Below, one piece after another: positions 38,701 through 52,790 of a DNA stretch of 64,000 nucleotides. Made by a program: the position numbers and the translations under genes. Position 1 is the stretch's first letter; each line of letters begins with the position of its first letter. A model generated the notes under the pieces. That model made no database searches. It was not told the DNA's origin and worked only from the letters and a program-made list of their open reading frames with translations. Source of the stretch: Takakia lepidozioides (Eukaryota > Plantae > Bryophyta); assembly GCA_030704615.1 (NCBI GenBank), contig CM060731.1, forward strand, positions 33,604,001 through 33,668,000, written 5' to 3'.

Positions 38701-41700
38701 AAAATGGGTGAGGCATTCCATACTACTATTCAAAATGGAGCTGACATGATCCGAGAATCTATCATGGGATGAACTATGGTTTGACTAACCATTTGCAAAA
38801 GACAACAATGGCTAGAGTCTTACAAAGGAGGAGGGCAAGTCGCCGAGGAAATGGCGAGAATGTCCAACCACCATTGGCAACTATGAATAGTAATGTCATG
38901 CATCATGATGTTCATAGGTCGGTTGTTCCCCCATTTCTAGGTCTACTTTCATCAGGGCATGCTACCCCTTCACTGAATAGTGGCTAAGATAAAACCTTAA
39001 ATGTCTAAGGTCATCTTAGGCTATTGCATCTTCTATTTTTCACCTCAAGTTTTGTAGATCTCAAGTATGTAGGAAGCCATAGCTTATAATCTGTTTTGTA
39101 GAGACATATTATTGCTTCCATGAACAAGCTAATATTCAGATGTTTAGACAGATGCATTTTTCTTTTGGGAATATATGATCGAAAGTGACAGAGAAGACTC
39201 ATGTAGGTTTAGATTCCTACATACCTTATGTTGATATGAGATGAAGTATACCAACACTTACTCGTAGTGCTTGTAAGGTTGTTGTTTATGTAATCACCAT
39301 ATCCAGCTCCTCTCATACACATAATTACCCACACACGCTTCCACACAATGGGGGAAATACTGGCAGGGCAAGTGTGCACAACATAACCACAATTGTGGGG
39401 GCCAAGAGCATCAATGCAACATAGCCTTAGTCTGTGAGCATTTACTCGGGCATGAGAGCTGCGATTAGAAAGCACAGTAACTCGAGAATCATGGCCTGTC
39501 GTCGGAGCTCTTTCTTCGCTAGCTCTATAGGACACTGTCGTCATCGCTCATTCTCTGCTAGCTCTGCTTTGCTTTGACACTGGGATAAACGATGCAAGTA
39601 AAATGTAGGTTGCAACCGACAAAAGCAAATAAAAGATATACAAGAGAAGAGATTGTTTGCTGGTGGGAGGCAAGAAGTGCGTAGAGGATAAATAATAAAA
39701 AAGAATGTGAATCTGGTGTACAGGTGGGAGAGAAGGTGAGAGAAGGTGAGAGAAGGTGAGTGACGATAGCCATTTGTCTTTGTCAAAACCCACATGGTCA
39801 AGAGCCAATAACCGCTACACACGCACTTCACTACCGTGCATATTGAGGCCCATGGCCGTTGTAGATGAGCGCTCAAGCTTCAACACCGTCGTGGTGAAAC
39901 ACACGGTCAACCTACGGTCATTGGTCCATCTCCTTGGTACCATGTGAATAGACCATCACAATAATTAAAAGTGTTCCCTGTCATAAAAGTCCATTTGAAC
40001 TTAGTCAAGCAACTCCTTTAAAGCTATTGATATGTTTGGGTCGCATATTGACCCCCTTGCATGCTTATCTCCATAATTTTTTTAGTTTTCATCCAAATTT
40101 TGTTATTTCAATCGGGAATTATAAGGTATGTCATAGACACCTCCCTTGCCTTGTTTAGCCTAATTCAGCACTGGATAATATTGATATGCTGCTTAGGTGC
40201 GCTATTATAAGCCTGGTTACCCTACTTGTTTTTTATGTGTTGTAACTAGTGCTCATGTGAACAGTTTCACTGGTTTATGAGTTTTGCAAATTATTGTTTC
40301 ATTGTAGAATATTCTTCGGATATCAAGGGAATATGCCCTCTTGCTCACATGCTACCCAACCTTGCCAGCTGAAGACCATACAGGACTCGTTGAATTAGTC
40401 AAGTCCACTTAATCTTTGTGCGGACCATGACGGTTTTTTCGCACAGACAAGGACAGACAACAACATACTGTACTTCTACAGTGGGTGATAATTACTTCAA
40501 ATTGAAAGTGCCTAACATGTTATGGGAAATTTTCAAATTTTGGCCTAAGTGCTGGATAACTATGGGACAAAAGTTCTTCAAAATTCGTGCAAAAATTTTC
40601 AAACCTTTCTCACGTTGCTTATAATAAGAGGAAAATTTCATTGAACAAAAATCAATATACATAAGCGGGCAAACTCACAATCTTCCTACAAATCCCAATC
40701 TACCCTAGAGAGCTACACATAACTTCCATAGGCCCATGCGTGGACTCAACAATGTCATCATATTGATCCACATCACTTATCATCCTGGCCTGTCCATCAA
40801 ATTAAGATCAAGGGTGTCCTCATCTTCAATATGCAGATTTGCGACATCTACACATAGATTCCTCAGGTCAAGGTAGACATAGGTTACATCCTTCATGACT
40901 TTAAGATTTCCTTCCACCAAATCATCTTTCATTGCAAACAAGTTAGTTGTAAAACTTGCTCACTAGGGGCAGGGGCTTTGGGTTTTTTATTTATTATGTT
41001 TTAAGAAAATCGATTTTTCCTCTTTTCATTTTCCTAATTCAAAAATGTTATATCTGCTATGGTCGCGAGGTGATTCCCCCCTTGTAAGCCTTCACTGCCG
41101 TACCGGTGGTATATTTTCCACCTCTTGCAATGCAATTTGGGACCGTCCCCTTAAGTTATTTTATAACAAGCCGCAAACCGCGAGAGGCTCTGTCCATTGA
41201 AGCTTTAAGCAACAACATTATTCTTAACATGATGTATGGTTACCTTACACATGCGAAAGCTTCTAGACCAATAACAATTTTGACAAACTGTCACTTGGTT
41301 TATCCTTTGGAGCTTTTTTCAGACCAATCACACTCTTGACACGGTGTAAGGTCTATTGACCATATTTTCTCCATTGACTTCAACACTTCTCTGCCCTGAA
41401 GGGACAGAGCCAACAAAAGAAAAAATTATATCACGAAGATGCTTAATGCGGAGGTGTGGTAAGTTGGGGAACATTCCTAAGGTGTCTATTTGTTTTTTTA
41501 ATTATTAGGCATAAAAATGCCTAACCGCCTAAGGTGGTACTTGAAGGCACATTTCACAAATACAAGCTTTCACTTTCCTGTACTATACCTACACCCTCTC
41601 CGACTTGTTCTACATAACTTACAAGAGCTTTTTGCTTTTGCTCTCTACCCAATCTTCCAATCCTTCCTCACTCTCCCAACAAACCAACAAGCCCTGACAC

Positions 41701-42309
41701 CTGATGGCACTAGAGTCCAAGTAGGATCTGCAAGTCGGTGTCAGAAAGCAAGGCCTTCATTGCTGCTGCTCAAGTGCGGCTGCCCAAGTCAATCTCCCTC
41801 TCTCTTTCCAACAACCGCCGTCACTTGCATCTACCAACACACTGGGAACTCTACCGGGGTGGGTGCAGGTACATCTCAGGCTGGCCTTTTCCAAAACCCA
41901 GTTTGCAAATCATATCTCTTCTGTCCAAGTAGAGAACATGAGCTACTTATTAAATGCACAACTCCTCAACACATTATGATACTCTGGATGGGACGGTGGA
42001 TCCAAGGTTGAGTGGGATTTTGAGAGGGATGGATGGATGCGAGGCTGTGTCGGTTTAGGGCTTCAGGACCAGAAACTAAACTGATGACATAAGTTCACAT
42101 TACCCGGTTTGAACAACTGTAATGTGAGAAACAAGCGTAGTGATGGTCATAAATAAATAGACATGGACAACCCAAGTTAGTGTAAATAAGAGCCTCTTCC
42201 CCTTGCCCCCTGGTACTGCCCCCTTTCGGATGTGGGCTCTACCACAGTAGTCATGAAAATTATAGGCCTTCATCTACATCTCATAATTGGGTAAAATCTA
42301 TAAACACAT

Positions 42310-42890
42310 TTGTTCAGCCGCCTGGAACAACCAACATCCCAAATTGTCCACCAACAGTCAGTAGCTTAGTTGGTTAAGTGGACTGAGTGCCCTCACTATT
42401 AAGGGGCCTGATTTGTGAGCTGTCGCTCCCAAGTGTTTCCCTTTCCAAAAATAAAATAAAAAAATTGTCCGGAACTATATGATGATTATTCATCAAAATC
42501 AGCGGCCAAGGATAACCAGCATACCAAATTGCTATATGATTATTCGTACAAGCCTCGAAACCAGCTGCCCGGGATACTTAGTACCCAACAACAGGTCGAG
42601 GAAATATTGCCAAATGTGAAAGGAATCGAGGCAGTAAACCAAATCGTAACGAACTATAAGATTAATCAGATAAGCCTTGAAATCAGCGGCCCAGGATAAC
42701 CAGCATTCCAAATTGTAATGAACTATGAAATCATATAAGCCTCAAAATCAGCAGCCCCGGACAACCAACATACCAAATTGTGACGAACTATGATTATTCC
42801 CAGGTATAAGCCTCAAAATCAGAGTCCCCCAATAACCTGCATACCAAATTGTTGTGAACTACCTATGTATGATTCCTAAGCCTAGAAATG
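42310..42890. repeat. Degenerate minisatellite of roughly 60-65 bp
   Basis: Recurring aaatcagcggcccaggataaccagcataccaaattg...gaactatga...taagcctc. Confidence 0.75.
42350..42461 (+). mobile_element. Internally deleted SINE copy with 9-bp TSD
   Basis: Same 5' and 3' ends as the 22436-22666 copy; TSD aaattgtcc at 42341-42349 and 42462-42470; A-rich tail. Confidence 0.8.
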
Positions 42891-44039
42891 TCCGATCTGG
42901 AGTACAAAATGCAGATAAACCAGAACCCACTGAGGGGGGAGGAGATGAAAAAAAAAGGGTTAAGTGTTAAGTACCTGGATTATATAAGGAAATACACAAA
43001 TCCACAATTCAACTGAGTCTTGTTCATTCCACACAAAGAAAGGAAACAAGACTTGTTCATTCCACAAAACAAAGGAAACAAGACCACACAAACAAAGAAA
43101 ACAAGACTTGTTCATTCATTCAACACAAAGAAAACCAGGGGCAGATGGAGATGGAGATGAAGAGGGAGAGGGCCCACCTGGGCTGGGCTGGCATGGCACT
43201 CATAAAGAGGGAGGGCGCTCGTGGGAGAAGACGGGTCAAGTAGCAAAGCGTGTCCGTGCAGCGGCGGCGTTGAATCTGGCGCACCGGGGTTATTATGCCC
43301 CGCAGCGATCCACTACCTACCGACCTGCTTGTCAGATTCAAAGACTTCCTGCTCTGCAAGATGCCATCGGTGGCATGGACGAACGACTGAGGACGGAGCA
43401 GTGATCTCGTGCTGCAACCGACCTCCGGGATATAATCACATACGAAGAGCATGACCTTGTCAATTGTCAATTACTTCTCCCTGAGTTACGGCAAACTTTG
43501 AGGAGCTGCCATGGCTTGGTGGGGGTTGTAGCAAGTATTGAAGGAGGAGCTCTTGCATAATTTCACCTCTCGTGATGGAAGTCCACTGTTGGACGCAAAT
43601 GTGCGAGTAGGAGCATCGTCGTTCCCCTTGTAGGCTTTGATGTCTTAAGTAGATAGATTTACTTATATAACTTGCAGAAGAGCCGAGATCATAAAGCTGA
43701 TGTCAGATTTCTGATCATGCCTTCAGGCAGCCAACAGCCCCTGCAAGGGCAGAGCTTGCCATAGTCGGACCACGTGTTGGAGGTGTGGCCGACTACATGC
43801 TACAAAACGGTTGCTGGGTATAGTCTCACTTCCGCTCAGATGTGATCGAGGCGGAGGTGGAGGAGGGTTAAGAGGAATATGTGGAGCTGTCCCCAGCTCA
43901 CACCTTCGGTGGTGAAGTCTTGCCGGGTTCTCTTGCAGGAGCTTAGGGGATGTTTGAAAGGTAGATGAGGATCGCAGAGAAATAGGGTGGGGACTGGGAA
44001 CCCTTTGTGAAGCGATTCATAGAAAGAAACAGGAGCGGT

Positions 44040-46376
44040 ATGGGTGGAAGTGCGGCTGCAAAGTCTGTACCATTGAGGGGGCAACATAGCAGTCGTCACC
44101 ATCGTATGGGTCTTCTCGATAGTCGTGTTGTGATTTCAATCGCAGCATGTGTGGCCGCAATAATGGGAGCTTCTGCCCAGCAAAATTACGGCAACGTTGA
44201 TGGATATACATGCTCGGGTTCGCAGCGATCTTGCAGCACTTACGTCTTGTACAAAACCCAGAGTGCCAAGGAAACAGTTTCCACCGTGGCTACTCTGTTC
44301 AACGTAACTGCGTCAAGTGTTGCGAAGGCCAGCGGTATGAATGGGACCTCAAACGCTCTAAACGCTCAGCAAGCCTTGTATGTCCCTGTTGCTTGTAATT
44401 GCGTGAATGTGACTACACAGGCAGACGTCACACGTACCATCATATCAGGTGACACATTCTACGGAATTGCAAATACCATCTATGAAGGGTTGCTCACGTA
44501 TCAGGCGATTGAGATTCTGAATCCTCGCGCAACCCCGACTACGCTGTTTGTTGGTCAGAAGATCAAAATACCAGTTTTCTGTGCATGTCCTACTGCTGCA
44601 CAGGTAAGAAACGGAACAAAGTTTATTCTTACTTACCCATTGAGTCAACCGGACACTCTGAATGCAGTGGCCTACTACTTCGGTGTTTCTGTCCCGGATT
44701 TGATGATTGCAAACAATGTTACAGAAACATCTGCACTACAAGCAAACACTTCTTTTCTTGTCCCCCTAGCCAGTCTCCCGGCGCTATCTTCAATCCAATT
44801 CCTCACTAATGCAAGTACTTCTTCTCCTGCACCCGTGGCCTCCTCTCCTTCCTCCTCAACGTCCTCAAACTCCACGTCCCAAACCTCAGGGGGGAAAGGA
44901 TCAAACAAAGCTTTGTACATTGGCGTTGCTGTGGGTGCTGCCGGCTTGCTAGTAGCAGCAGTTCTAGCGGTTCTGCTGCTGGTTCATTGTTGCCGGAAAT
45001 CCAAAAGTGGACAGTACCGGAAAGAACGGTTTCAGCCATACGCTCAGGATGTCGAGGGCGGAAACAAAGTTGCAGGGGAAAGCCAGCGTACTGGTCTGCA
45101 GCAGGGATTGCTTGCCGGAATGCCCGACATGGTGGGATCGGACAAACCGGTGCTCTTCACATACGAAGAGCTCGAGAAAGCGACTAACAATTTCAGTGCC
45201 GCAAACAGGATTCAAGGTTCTGTTTTCTTCGGCACTTTGAAAGGCATGGCGGTTGCCATCAAGCAGATGAAGGGAGATATGACGCAAGAGCTCAAGATTC
45301 TGTGCCAAGTTCACCACAGCAATGTGGTGAGCTGACCTGTCTTTCTTGCCTTCACTGTTGATGAGGTTAGCACTGGAGTGCGAGTATCTTAGTATGGAGC
45401 CACTGCAAAAGATCCTCCCCCATCTCTGCATGCTTTTATAAACTTGTGTATATAATGAATTGCTCCACATCTCTGCCCAGTGCTGGTGCTGGACTCCTCC
45501 TCTGGGCTGTGTGATGTATAGGATGGAAGAGCTAGATCTTGTCTCTGTTTTTGCAGGTCTTTAATACTGACTTCACTGTATGGCCATGTACAGGTGAAGC
45601 TGGTGGGCATGTGTGTCAGCACCTCGGAGCATCTGTATCTAGTGTATGAGTTTGCTGAGAATGGGTCGCTTCGGGATTGTTTGTCCAACCAATCTTCTGT
45701 CACACATACCAAATTTTCCCACAGTGTTGCATATTTGCCCTGGACTGCGAGGGTGCAAATTGCTCTCGATGTGGCATCAGGCCTAGAATATATTCACAAC
45801 TACACCAATCCCAGCTTTGTTCATAAAGATGTGAAGAGCAGCAACATACTTCTAGATGGAAATTTCCGAGCTAAAGTAGCAAACTTTGGGATGGCCAAGA
45901 CTGCTGCGAGTCCTGGAGGCCAGCTTACAAGGCACATAGCGGGGACTCAGGGCTACATGTCTCCAGAGTACCTAGAGCACGGACTAGTTACAACTAAAGC
46001 TGATGTTTTTGCGTATGGAGTTGTTTTACTGGAAATTCTCTCGGGCCTTGAGGCCATTGTGATTCCAGCAGAAGACGAGACTGCTGGGAAAGAAAGGGCA
46101 CTATCCGATATGATAGTAAGTGTGCTGGATGGGGAGAATCAAATGGAGAAGTTGCAAGAGTGGATGGATCCTTTGCTCCGAAATGCTTACCCCTTGGACA
46201 CGGCATGCAGTGTGGCGAGTCTAGCCAAGACATGTGTGGACACTGATCCAGGGTTACGGCCCAGCATGAAAGAGATCACCTTTGCACTGTCCAAGATGTT
46301 GGTTGCCTCCCGGGAATGGGAATCCTCGGAACAATTTGCCAGAAACATCTCTGATGTCTCTGTCGAAGCAAGGTAA
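44040..46376 (+). CDS. LYR: LysM receptor-like kinase, LYR (predicted pseudokinase) type; exons 44040-45326 and 45594-46376; about 689 aa (667 from the ATG at 44106)
   Basis: Signal peptide, three LysM modules separated by CNC and CAC, Ser-rich stalk, TM helix. Kinase lacks the Gly-rich loop and has HKDVKSSN and NFG in place of DFG. Phase-0 GT-AG intron 45327-45593. Confidence 0.93.
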
Positions 46377-49222
46377 CTTCATCATTGGGTCTTAAACATA
46401 TTTACAGTGAGCATAACAAAATGATACCACGACTGGTTATGAGGGTTTCCTTCAGGCCCACATCTAGATGCATTTGTAGCTATCATCAAGCAGTTTTGCG
46501 GCCAGCAAACCCTATCACCAGGTGGAATCTTTTGCTTCATGAAGACCGCAAACACCCGGGTTGAGCCATAGGCTAGATAAGAGTCCTTTGCACCCTTCAC
46601 CTTGGTGATGTTGGGTTCTGTGACTGAAGGTGCACTTTGTAAATGTATCCCAACTGTTCTGTAGAGCATTGTCTCAGTTGCATGTTAGCCACACACTCTC
46701 ACTCTCCTTTCTGTTGCATGTACTGCCGTGAACTTGTGTTTTCTTCACATCAAATTATTGGCTTTCTTGCAATATTCAACAATATTAGTCAATCTTGTTT
46801 GCTGGAGGGTGGATATGACCGTTTCCCGGGGAAATAAGAAGGTGTTTGCATCCTTATTCACTGTGAAAAATGTAATTTTTTGTTGAAGTATGAATAAGTT
46901 ATGAATTTTTTGTAGGTATGCAGGCTATAAGCATTCCTAGAGTGGCCTGGGTCATAGTCATAACCAGTGTTGTGTGGGTATAGAGTACGGGTAATATGGT
47001 GTAGTGAAAATATGGTATGGTGAAAACATATACCCTCCGGGTCAGGATAATTTGCTAATTTTGATATAGATATACTCCGAGTGTAGTATAAATAGAGATT
47101 ACCTCTTGTTTTAACTTGAAAGGGATATTCAACTACATTTACCTTTGGGTAAATAACACAGGTATACAGCAGATTTTAGCTCTAATGCAGAGCCATGGTT
47201 ATGTAGATTTCCCATGCCTGCATGCACATGGGATCAATGTACCCTTATGTTAGTTCATACCAGTTTGCCGGGCATCAACCCAGGTATCTCATAACCTAAC
47301 CTACTGTTCTTTGTTGCTGGAAACTTTCATGATACCATATCAAAAGGATCTCGAGTTACCTGGTGGCCCCCCAAAACCTAACAGGCGGCGGTTAGGGTTC
47401 TCCTTTCCACGCCCCCTACCAGAGCTCGATGCGGCACTGCAAATCTGGTAGGGTATCATGTTGATATGCACATGTAGACATTATGGATGCAGGGTTTCAA
47501 GGGTTTATGAGCGACTCTACTTCCTTCATGGAGGCTTGCTTGCATATGATTTTGAACTTGAATACTCCGAGTTCATATTTCCAGGTTATTAGCATTCAGA
47601 TACCATTGTTCATATCCAAATTGAATCTTCCACATATGCAAACCAGATTGATACTGGAAATTCAGAGGCTGCATTATTGGAAAACCTACCTGCCTTAAGA
47701 AAAAGTGGGCACTGCATACCACGACCCTTATGGTATTTCCAATTCAAAATACCAGACCAACACCACTCTTGTGCAGGTAAATCATTTACCCATATTTACC
47801 TTGCGGGTAAAATAGGGTAAGGGTAAATGATTTACCCGGGTTGGCCCATTTCATTTACCTCCTTTGGACGGGCAAATAATCTAAGATAAAAGATAAAGAT
47901 AAAGATTCTTTAACGTCCAGTGAATTTACAGAGCCTACATTTACCCTTACCGTCTGAAGGGTAAATAAATTCCATATATCCTTTACCCGTGGATAAATAT
48001 ATATTTTTGGAGGGTAAATAAAAAACTCTTCTTCATGCCTACGTATGAAGGCCTTCCCTTGTACAAGCGTCCTCCCTCTAGTACCATCTCCAAGGGCGTA
48101 CCATTATGCTGGGGACCATACAAGGGCTTCATTGTAGCAATCAGATTGTAGTTTCTCTATGTATTTCATTTTTATTTGCCTTCACTATCACCCTTAAGGT
48201 TATATATTTGTGTATAATACCAAGGGTATCAATCTCCTTACCATAAAAGGGGCTTCACTGGGCGTACCAATGCATCGCAGTCCCGGTGCATAAAAGGGCT
48301 TCAATGGTGAACCCCACATGAAGAATCACTGTGGTGCACTGCTCTTGATGACTTGCCAACTCTTCTATGTACACAAAACTTCATGCTGATGGTGAGGAAG
48401 TCAAGCAGAAAAGCCACTTCCCTCAGACCAATAGTGTCACTCCAGGACAGGGCAATATATTCTAGTCAGAAATCAAAGAAATAGGTCCTATATTCATTGC
48501 AGAAAAGTGACACTTGAATGCATAACTTGGTAATCTATACAAAACTGACTCAAAGGTAGACAGCAAATGATGTAGGGTGAGGCCCCAGGGCTCAAAGATC
48601 GATGGGATCCCAAAGATATCGGATGCAGCATACATGGAGTGCGAGAGGACCTCATCATACTTTAAGGGTGATTCTCCATGCTATTCCTTCAAACTGTGCA
48701 AACAAGATTCGCCTGTTAAAGCATTACCAGCACCCCTATTCCTTTTAAATAGCGACCCTATGATAAGGGCTCTGTGGCAATCCTCAGCTAAAATCCACAC
48801 AGGCCTAAGATGGAGGTTTCAGTGTGTGATCTACCCGGCTGCATATAGGAAAAATGCCCTTGCACAACCGGATATCTGGGGAAAATTCATCAACCTATTA
48901 ACACTGGGTGGGAAGTGTCCAGGTTCTGACAGGATGCAGAGAGGAAGGAGATGCTCAATTAAGCTTGTTGCAGCAGTTGCCGATCCTCTTCTTCTAAATT
49001 CAGAGGTTAGACATTTAAGGGTTGTTCATCGCATACATTTTCTTACAGCAATTCAATCTCTTCTGTACCATCCTGTGTTCATATGCATATGCCATGCATG
49101 CATGCATAGCCGACATGAATCTCACCAAATGGGTTCTGGACCTTGCTTGAGGTGGCGTGGAATTGGCTTAAGGATTCACCTGGAATAAGGTAAACTGATA
49201 CCTTCATCCTCCATCATTCTCT

Positions 49223-51328
49223 TCACATTTGCTTTATCATTGCACCTGCCAGGCGGAGCACAGATGTTGGTTGGCAGCCCATAAGTTTGAGCATTGGATG
49301 GATCCCACTTGAAAGGCAGTTTGCAGTACGTTCTGCTAGCTCTACAAATCCATGAATTCTGCAGGCACCAAGCAAGGCTCCCGACACTGAAGCATCTGGT
49401 TCAATCGGCATGCTGTTAATGAAGTTCTCGGCCTCCTTCAGTCGCTCTGCACGGCCAAGAAGATCGACTATGCAGCCAAAATGCTCCATTGTAGGAATGA
49501 GCCCATGATCTTCACTCATGGAATCAAAGTAGTGACAGCCTTCGTCCACTAGGCCCATATGGCTACATGCAGATAGGAGACATGTAAAGGTGACACCAGT
49601 AGGCTCTAAGCCTTCCTGTTGCATTTGTTCAAATAGTAGGAGGGCCTCTCTGGCACGCCCATGCTGACCATATGCTGTCATCATTGCGTTCCATGAGACC
49701 ACATTTCGTTCAGCCATATTGCTGAATACTTGACATGCATCCTCTAAGCTGCCACATTTGGTATACATGGCAACAAGGGCAGTATCCAGATGGATATCTT
49801 GTGGAATTGCAGCTTTCATGATGTCTGCGTGGATCTGTTTGCCCACTTCCAGCACTCCTAAGCTGGCACATGCACTGAGGATACAAGTGAATGTGACCTT
49901 GTTAGGCGGCACCCTTTCCCGTATCATGTGTTCATAGATCTGGAAAGCCTCCCAACTACTCCCACACAGATCACATCCTGCAATCATGGCACTCCATGAG
50001 ACCACATCTCGTTGAGCCATACTGTCAAAAACTCGGCATGCATCCTTCATGCTCCCACATTTCATATACATGGCAATGAGGGTATTCTCTAGAAGGATAT
50101 CTCCCACGATTCCAGCTCTGATGATGTCAGCATGCACTTCTTTGCCTTTGTCCAGGGCTGTCAAGGTACCACACACATTGACAATAGAAGTGAATGTGAC
50201 CTTGTCAGGCATCACCTGTTCACGTATCATGTGCTCGTATATCTCCAAAGCCTCTGTACTGTGCCCATGCTGAGCATACCCCTTGATAATTGTGTTCCAT
50301 GAGATCACATCTCGTTGAGCCATACTTTCAAAGACTTGCCACGCAGTCTTTAAACTCCCACACTTGGCATACATGGCAAGGAGGGCATTCTCCATAATTA
50401 TATCTGGCACAATCCCGGCTTTCATGATGTCAGCATGAACCTCTTTGCCTACTTCTAGGGCTCCGATACTGGTACAAGCACAGAGAATGCAAGTGAAAGT
50501 AACCTTGTTGGGCACAACCCCTTCATGGAGCATTTGCTTATAAATGTGGACAGCCTCCCTACCAAACCCATGCTGAGCATATCCTCCGATCATGGCATTC
50601 CATGAGAAAACATCTCGTTTGCCCATATTGCTGAACAATTGATGTGCATCCTTCATACTCCCGCATTTGGCATATATGACAACAAGGGTATTATCCAAAA
50701 TGATATCTGGCACAATTCCCGCTTTGACAATGTCTGCATGGATTGCTTTGGCCTTTTCCAGGGCTCCTAGGCTGGCACATGCATTAAGGATGCAAGTGAA
50801 CGTCACCTTGTTGGGAGTCACCCCTTCCTGCTGCATTTGCTCATAGATCTCGAAAGCCTCCCTACCACACCCCTGCTTGGCATATCCTGCTATCATTATA
50901 GTCCATGTGAACAAAGTTCGTGAAGGCATTTTGTCAAACACTTGGCGTGCATCCTCCACACTTCCACACTTGGCATACATGTTGACAAGGGTGTTGAGTA
51001 AGCATACGTTTGGCTTCAATCCACTTTGGACAATGTGGGTGTGCACCTGCTTTCCTGCTGCTAGGCATTTCAGGTCAATACACTCTTGCAAGAGACTGAG
51101 ATAGATATTGGAATCTCCCCCCAAAATGCCTTGCTGGTTTAATAAATGCAGTGTGGCCTTCAGATGTCCTGCCTTACATAAAGCCCTCACATCTCCACAA
51201 TTGCCAGAGAAATTCTCGATGACTCCCTCTCTTGATCGTCCTTTGAAACCAGTGTTCATGGTGGAGGTGTCTGATGTAAACAACTGTGCCTGATTCAAAC
51301 CTGCATACTTCCATGCCTCAACACTCAT
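49223..51328 (-). CDS. PLS-class pentatricopeptide repeat protein with E extension; frameshift in the E region, no DYW
   Basis: Repeated P-L-S triplets (MYAKCGS..DA..VF..M..RDV.SWN), then LLSACSHMG, EHFGCIVDLLGRA, ALLGACRIHG. Confidence 0.88.
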   Translation of the reverse strand: MSVEAWKYAGLNQAQLFTSDTSTMNTGFKGRSREGVIENFSGNCGDVRALCKAGHLKATLHLLNQQGILGGDSNIYLSLLQECIDLKCLAAGKQVHTHIVQSGLKPNVCLLNTLVNMYAKCGSVEDARQVFDKMPSRTLFTWTIMIAGYAKQGCGREAFEIYEQMQQEGVTPNKVTFTCILNACASLGALEKAKAIHADIVKAGIVPDIILDNTLVVIYAKCGSMKDAHQLFSNMGKRDVFSWNAMIGGYAQHGFGREAVHIYKQMLHEGVVPNKVTFTCILCACTSIGALEVGKEVHADIMKAGIVPDIIMENALLAMYAKCGSLKTAWQVFESMAQRDVISWNTIIKGYAQHGHSTEALEIYEHMIREQVMPDKVTFTSIVNVCGTLTALDKGKEVHADIIRAGIVGDILLENTLIAMYMKCGSMKDACRVFDSMAQRDVVSWSAMIAGCDLCGSSWEAFQIYEHMIRERVPPNKVTFTCILSACASLGVLEVGKQIHADIMKAAIPQDIHLDTALVAMYTKCGSLEDACQVFSNMAERNVVSWNAMMTAYGQHGRAREALLLFEQMQQEGLEPTGVTFTCLLSACSHMGLVDEGCHYFDSMSEDHGLIPTMEHFGCIVDLLGRAERLKEAENFINSMPIEPDASVSGALLGACRIHGFVELAERTANCLSSGIHPMLKLMGCQPTSVLRLAGAMIKQM

Positions 51329-52206
51329 TCTTACAAAACTTTACAATAAAACTTCTCAAAACTGCTACTTAGAAGTTAGAAATTCTATCTCTTGATGATG
51401 CCTCGCTCCTGGGGGCTGCTATTTCATGAGCCATGAGCAGAGTCGTAAGTGTCGAAAAAAACATGAGCATGACTATTTTCCGGAAATGAGTATCCGAGGG
51501 AATAGGGTTAAGGGTGTCACGGTCATAGGGGGGAGAAGGACCTCCCCATGAAGGAGGTTCGGCAATGTTTTTTAGAATTACATATTGAAAAGCAATGTTT
51601 TGCGAATGGTAGGGTGGTACTGCCGATGAGAATGACCTTGCGGGCAGTCACGAAGCCCTTTGATTTTCGAAATGATGAGAAGTAGAAGAGCAGGGCGGGC
51701 TCTAATAATGGAGCAAGTGGGTCCCACGTACCCACCAATCATCGTGTAACATGTTCAAAACGTAAGCGGTGGATGAACCGCTACCTCTTTCTCATCCACG
51801 GGGAATAGTTTGTAATCTACCACCGAAGTCCATCCCCCGGATGGAAATTCGGCGCCGCATTTACATCGAAGGGGGGATGGAGTTCGTCGTCTCGAGTGGC
51901 TATAGGCCTACTTGGCCCACAGTTTGCATGGCACGGAAAGAAACTGAAACGGCTACATTCATGGAGCAGCCAATCTTGATCCGTGCAGGTTCCTAAAGGG
52001 GAGAAATTTAAATGCGCCTTTGGAGTGTTAGTGAGGAATTGCAGCGTTTGCAAACACATTGTCATGTCCTTGAACTACTTCCAGCCACCACGCTGCTGCC
52101 TCCTCCATCCGGGAGCTGTTGTCATTGAGCGTACTCCGCTAATCTATTGCAAGGATGCTGTGCCGCCGCAATCCTGCTGACTGCCCTTATCATGGCCATG
52201 ATTATA

Positions 52207-52790
<584 letters not shown>

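Noticed and set aside
15854-46376. Functional phosphate/symbiosis cluster of PhoD and LYR
   Set aside because: The genes are over 22 kb apart and separated by transposons; adjacency alone gives no evidence of co-function.
46938-48030. Possible MITE or hAT remnant with GGGTAAA/TTTACCC motifs
   Set aside because: Motifs are visible at about 47770-48020, but no convincing TIR pair or TSD could be fixed.
48577-49188. 203-aa ORF downstream of the PPR gene
   Set aside because: GTG start, opposite strand to the PPR, no motif, and not a DYW domain.
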